64,000 nt of DNA from Nitrospirota bacterium (lineage in GTDB: Bacteria > Nitrospirota > UBA9217), in NCBI GenBank assembly GCA_963754875.1, contig CAVWHO010000022.1:152985-216984 (forward strand), given 5' to 3'. This document shows, piece after piece, positions 62,903 through 64,000 of the stretch. The translations under genes and the position numbers were made by a program. Every line of letters starts with the position of its first letter. Within the stretch, counting starts at the first letter, position 1. The notes below the pieces were generated by a model. The model made no database searches, was not told the origin of the DNA, and saw only the letters and a list, made by a program, of their open reading frames with translations.

Positions 62903-63859
62903 ATGAGTACACCGACACAGGAAAAACCATTGACCCTGAAATCACTGACGCACAAGCAGGACCTGCTCACCGGAGGACACCGTATGTGCTCCGGCTGCGG
63001 TGCGCCGACGATTGTGCGCCAGGTGCTCATGGCAATCGATGAACCGGTCGTGATCGCGAACGCAACGGGCTGCCTCGAGGTTTCGACGTGCCTGTTCCCG
63101 TACACGGCCTGGAAGGTGCCGTGGATGCACAGCGCTTTCGAGAATGCTGCGGCAACAGCTTCGGGCATCGAGACCATGTACCGGGCGCTCCGGAAAAAAG
63201 GCAAGATCAAGAAAGACATCAAGTTCATCGCCTTCGGCGGCGACGGCGGCACCTATGACATCGGGTTCCAGGCGCTTTCCGGCGCCATGGAGCGCGGTCA
63301 CCAGCTGCTCTATATCTGCTACGACAACGGCGCGTACATGAACACCGGTATCCAGCGTTCGAGCGCAACGCCCTTCGGCGCCGACACGACAACCCAGCCC
63401 GTGGGTTCAGAGGTCAAGGGCAAGACGCAGCGCAGGAAGGACCTGACCCGCATCATGGCCGCCCACAACGTGGCCTACGCAGCCCAGGCCTCGCCCCATA
63501 ATTGGAAGGACCTCATGACCAAGGTGAAGAAGGCGCTGGCCACGAATGGACCGGCGTACATGGGCGTCGTCTCCCCGTGCAACCGCGGGTGGCGTTCCCA
63601 GACGAACGATTCGATCCTTCTCTCCCGGCTGGCTGTCGATACCTGCTATTGGCCGCTCTACGAAGTAGAAGGCGGCAAGTGGACCATCAACTACGATCCC
63701 AAGGACAGAAAGAAGCCGATTGCCGAGTGGCTCAAGCCCCAGGGCAGGTTCAAGCACCTCTTCGCCCCGGGCAACGAAGCGCTGCTCGCGCGCTTCCAGG
63801 AGCTCGTAGACCAGGATTGGGACAGCCTCAAGAAGCTCCAGGAGATGTCCAAGAGCTGA
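62903..63859 (+). CDS. porB: POR beta subunit (TPP-binding)
   Basis: CSGCG, TGCLEV, GGDG...YDNGAYMNTG.QRS, SPC. Confidence 0.94.
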   Translation: MSTPTQEKPLTLKSLTHKQDLLTGGHRMCSGCGAPTIVRQVLMAIDEPVVIANATGCLEVSTCLFPYTAWKVPWMHSAFENAAATASGIETMYRALRKKGKIKKDIKFIAFGGDGGTYDIGFQALSGAMERGHQLLYICYDNGAYMNTGIQRSSATPFGADTTTQPVGSEVKGKTQRRKDLTRIMAAHNVAYAAQASPHNWKDLMTKVKKALATNGPAYMGVVSPCNRGWRSQTNDSILLSRLAVDTCYWPLYEVEGGKWTINYDPKDRKKPIAEWLKPQGRFKHLFAPGNEALLARFQELVDQDWDSLKKLQEMSKS

Positions 63860-63885
63860 GACGGAATCATTGCAGCAATACGATC

Positions 63886-63921
63886 ATAGCCGGGCCGGAA
63901 GCATGCCCGGCTATTTTATTT
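63886..63921 (+). terminator. Intrinsic terminator after porB
   Basis: atagccgggc/gcccggctat stem followed by tttattt. Confidence 0.75.
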
Positions 63922-64000
63922 ACACTGCCATTGCCAAAAAAAGCTTGAATTCTATCGGTCAGTATGGTTTAATAAACGTCAGCCTCGACAGGATGCGCCT

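Overview
Bacterial chromosome segment spanning the replication origin. A Nitrospirota- or Desulfobacterota-like anaerobe is my inference from gene content and order, not a tested assignment. Core block on the left: rsmG(3' end)-Clp1-like kinase-parA-parB-bactofilin-purL, with two parS sites. Core block on the right: yidC-yidD-rnpA-rpmH, oriC, dnaA-dnaN-gyrB-gyrA-serS, five tRNAs (all four Ser isoacceptors plus Arg-ACG next to tadA), SRP RNA, dnaX-ybaB-recR and porCDAB. The most striking accessory element is a co-oriented ~13 kb cluster (21.2-33.9 kb). It encodes two MtaA/URO-D-family Zn methyltransferases, a corrinoid protein, a RamA/RACo-type activator, a stand-alone MtrH/MtgA-like methyltransferase, AhpD-like and QueG-like proteins and an HdrDE-like membrane complex. 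It ends with the Methanosarcinales-type coenzyme M biosynthesis pair (cysteate synthase + fused ComDE). This suggests a bacterial, Mcr-independent methyl-CoM/thiol methyl-transfer system under sigma54 control. Other items: an IS200-type element that rewrote the purL C-terminus, a DUE/DnaA-trio origin displaced 2.2 kb from dnaA, a J-domain protein with MshEN-like repeats, dispersed heptamer/nonamer repeats, a decayed dsrE gene, and four single-base +1 frameshifts that look like assembly errors. All calls come from motif recognition by eye; no searches were run.
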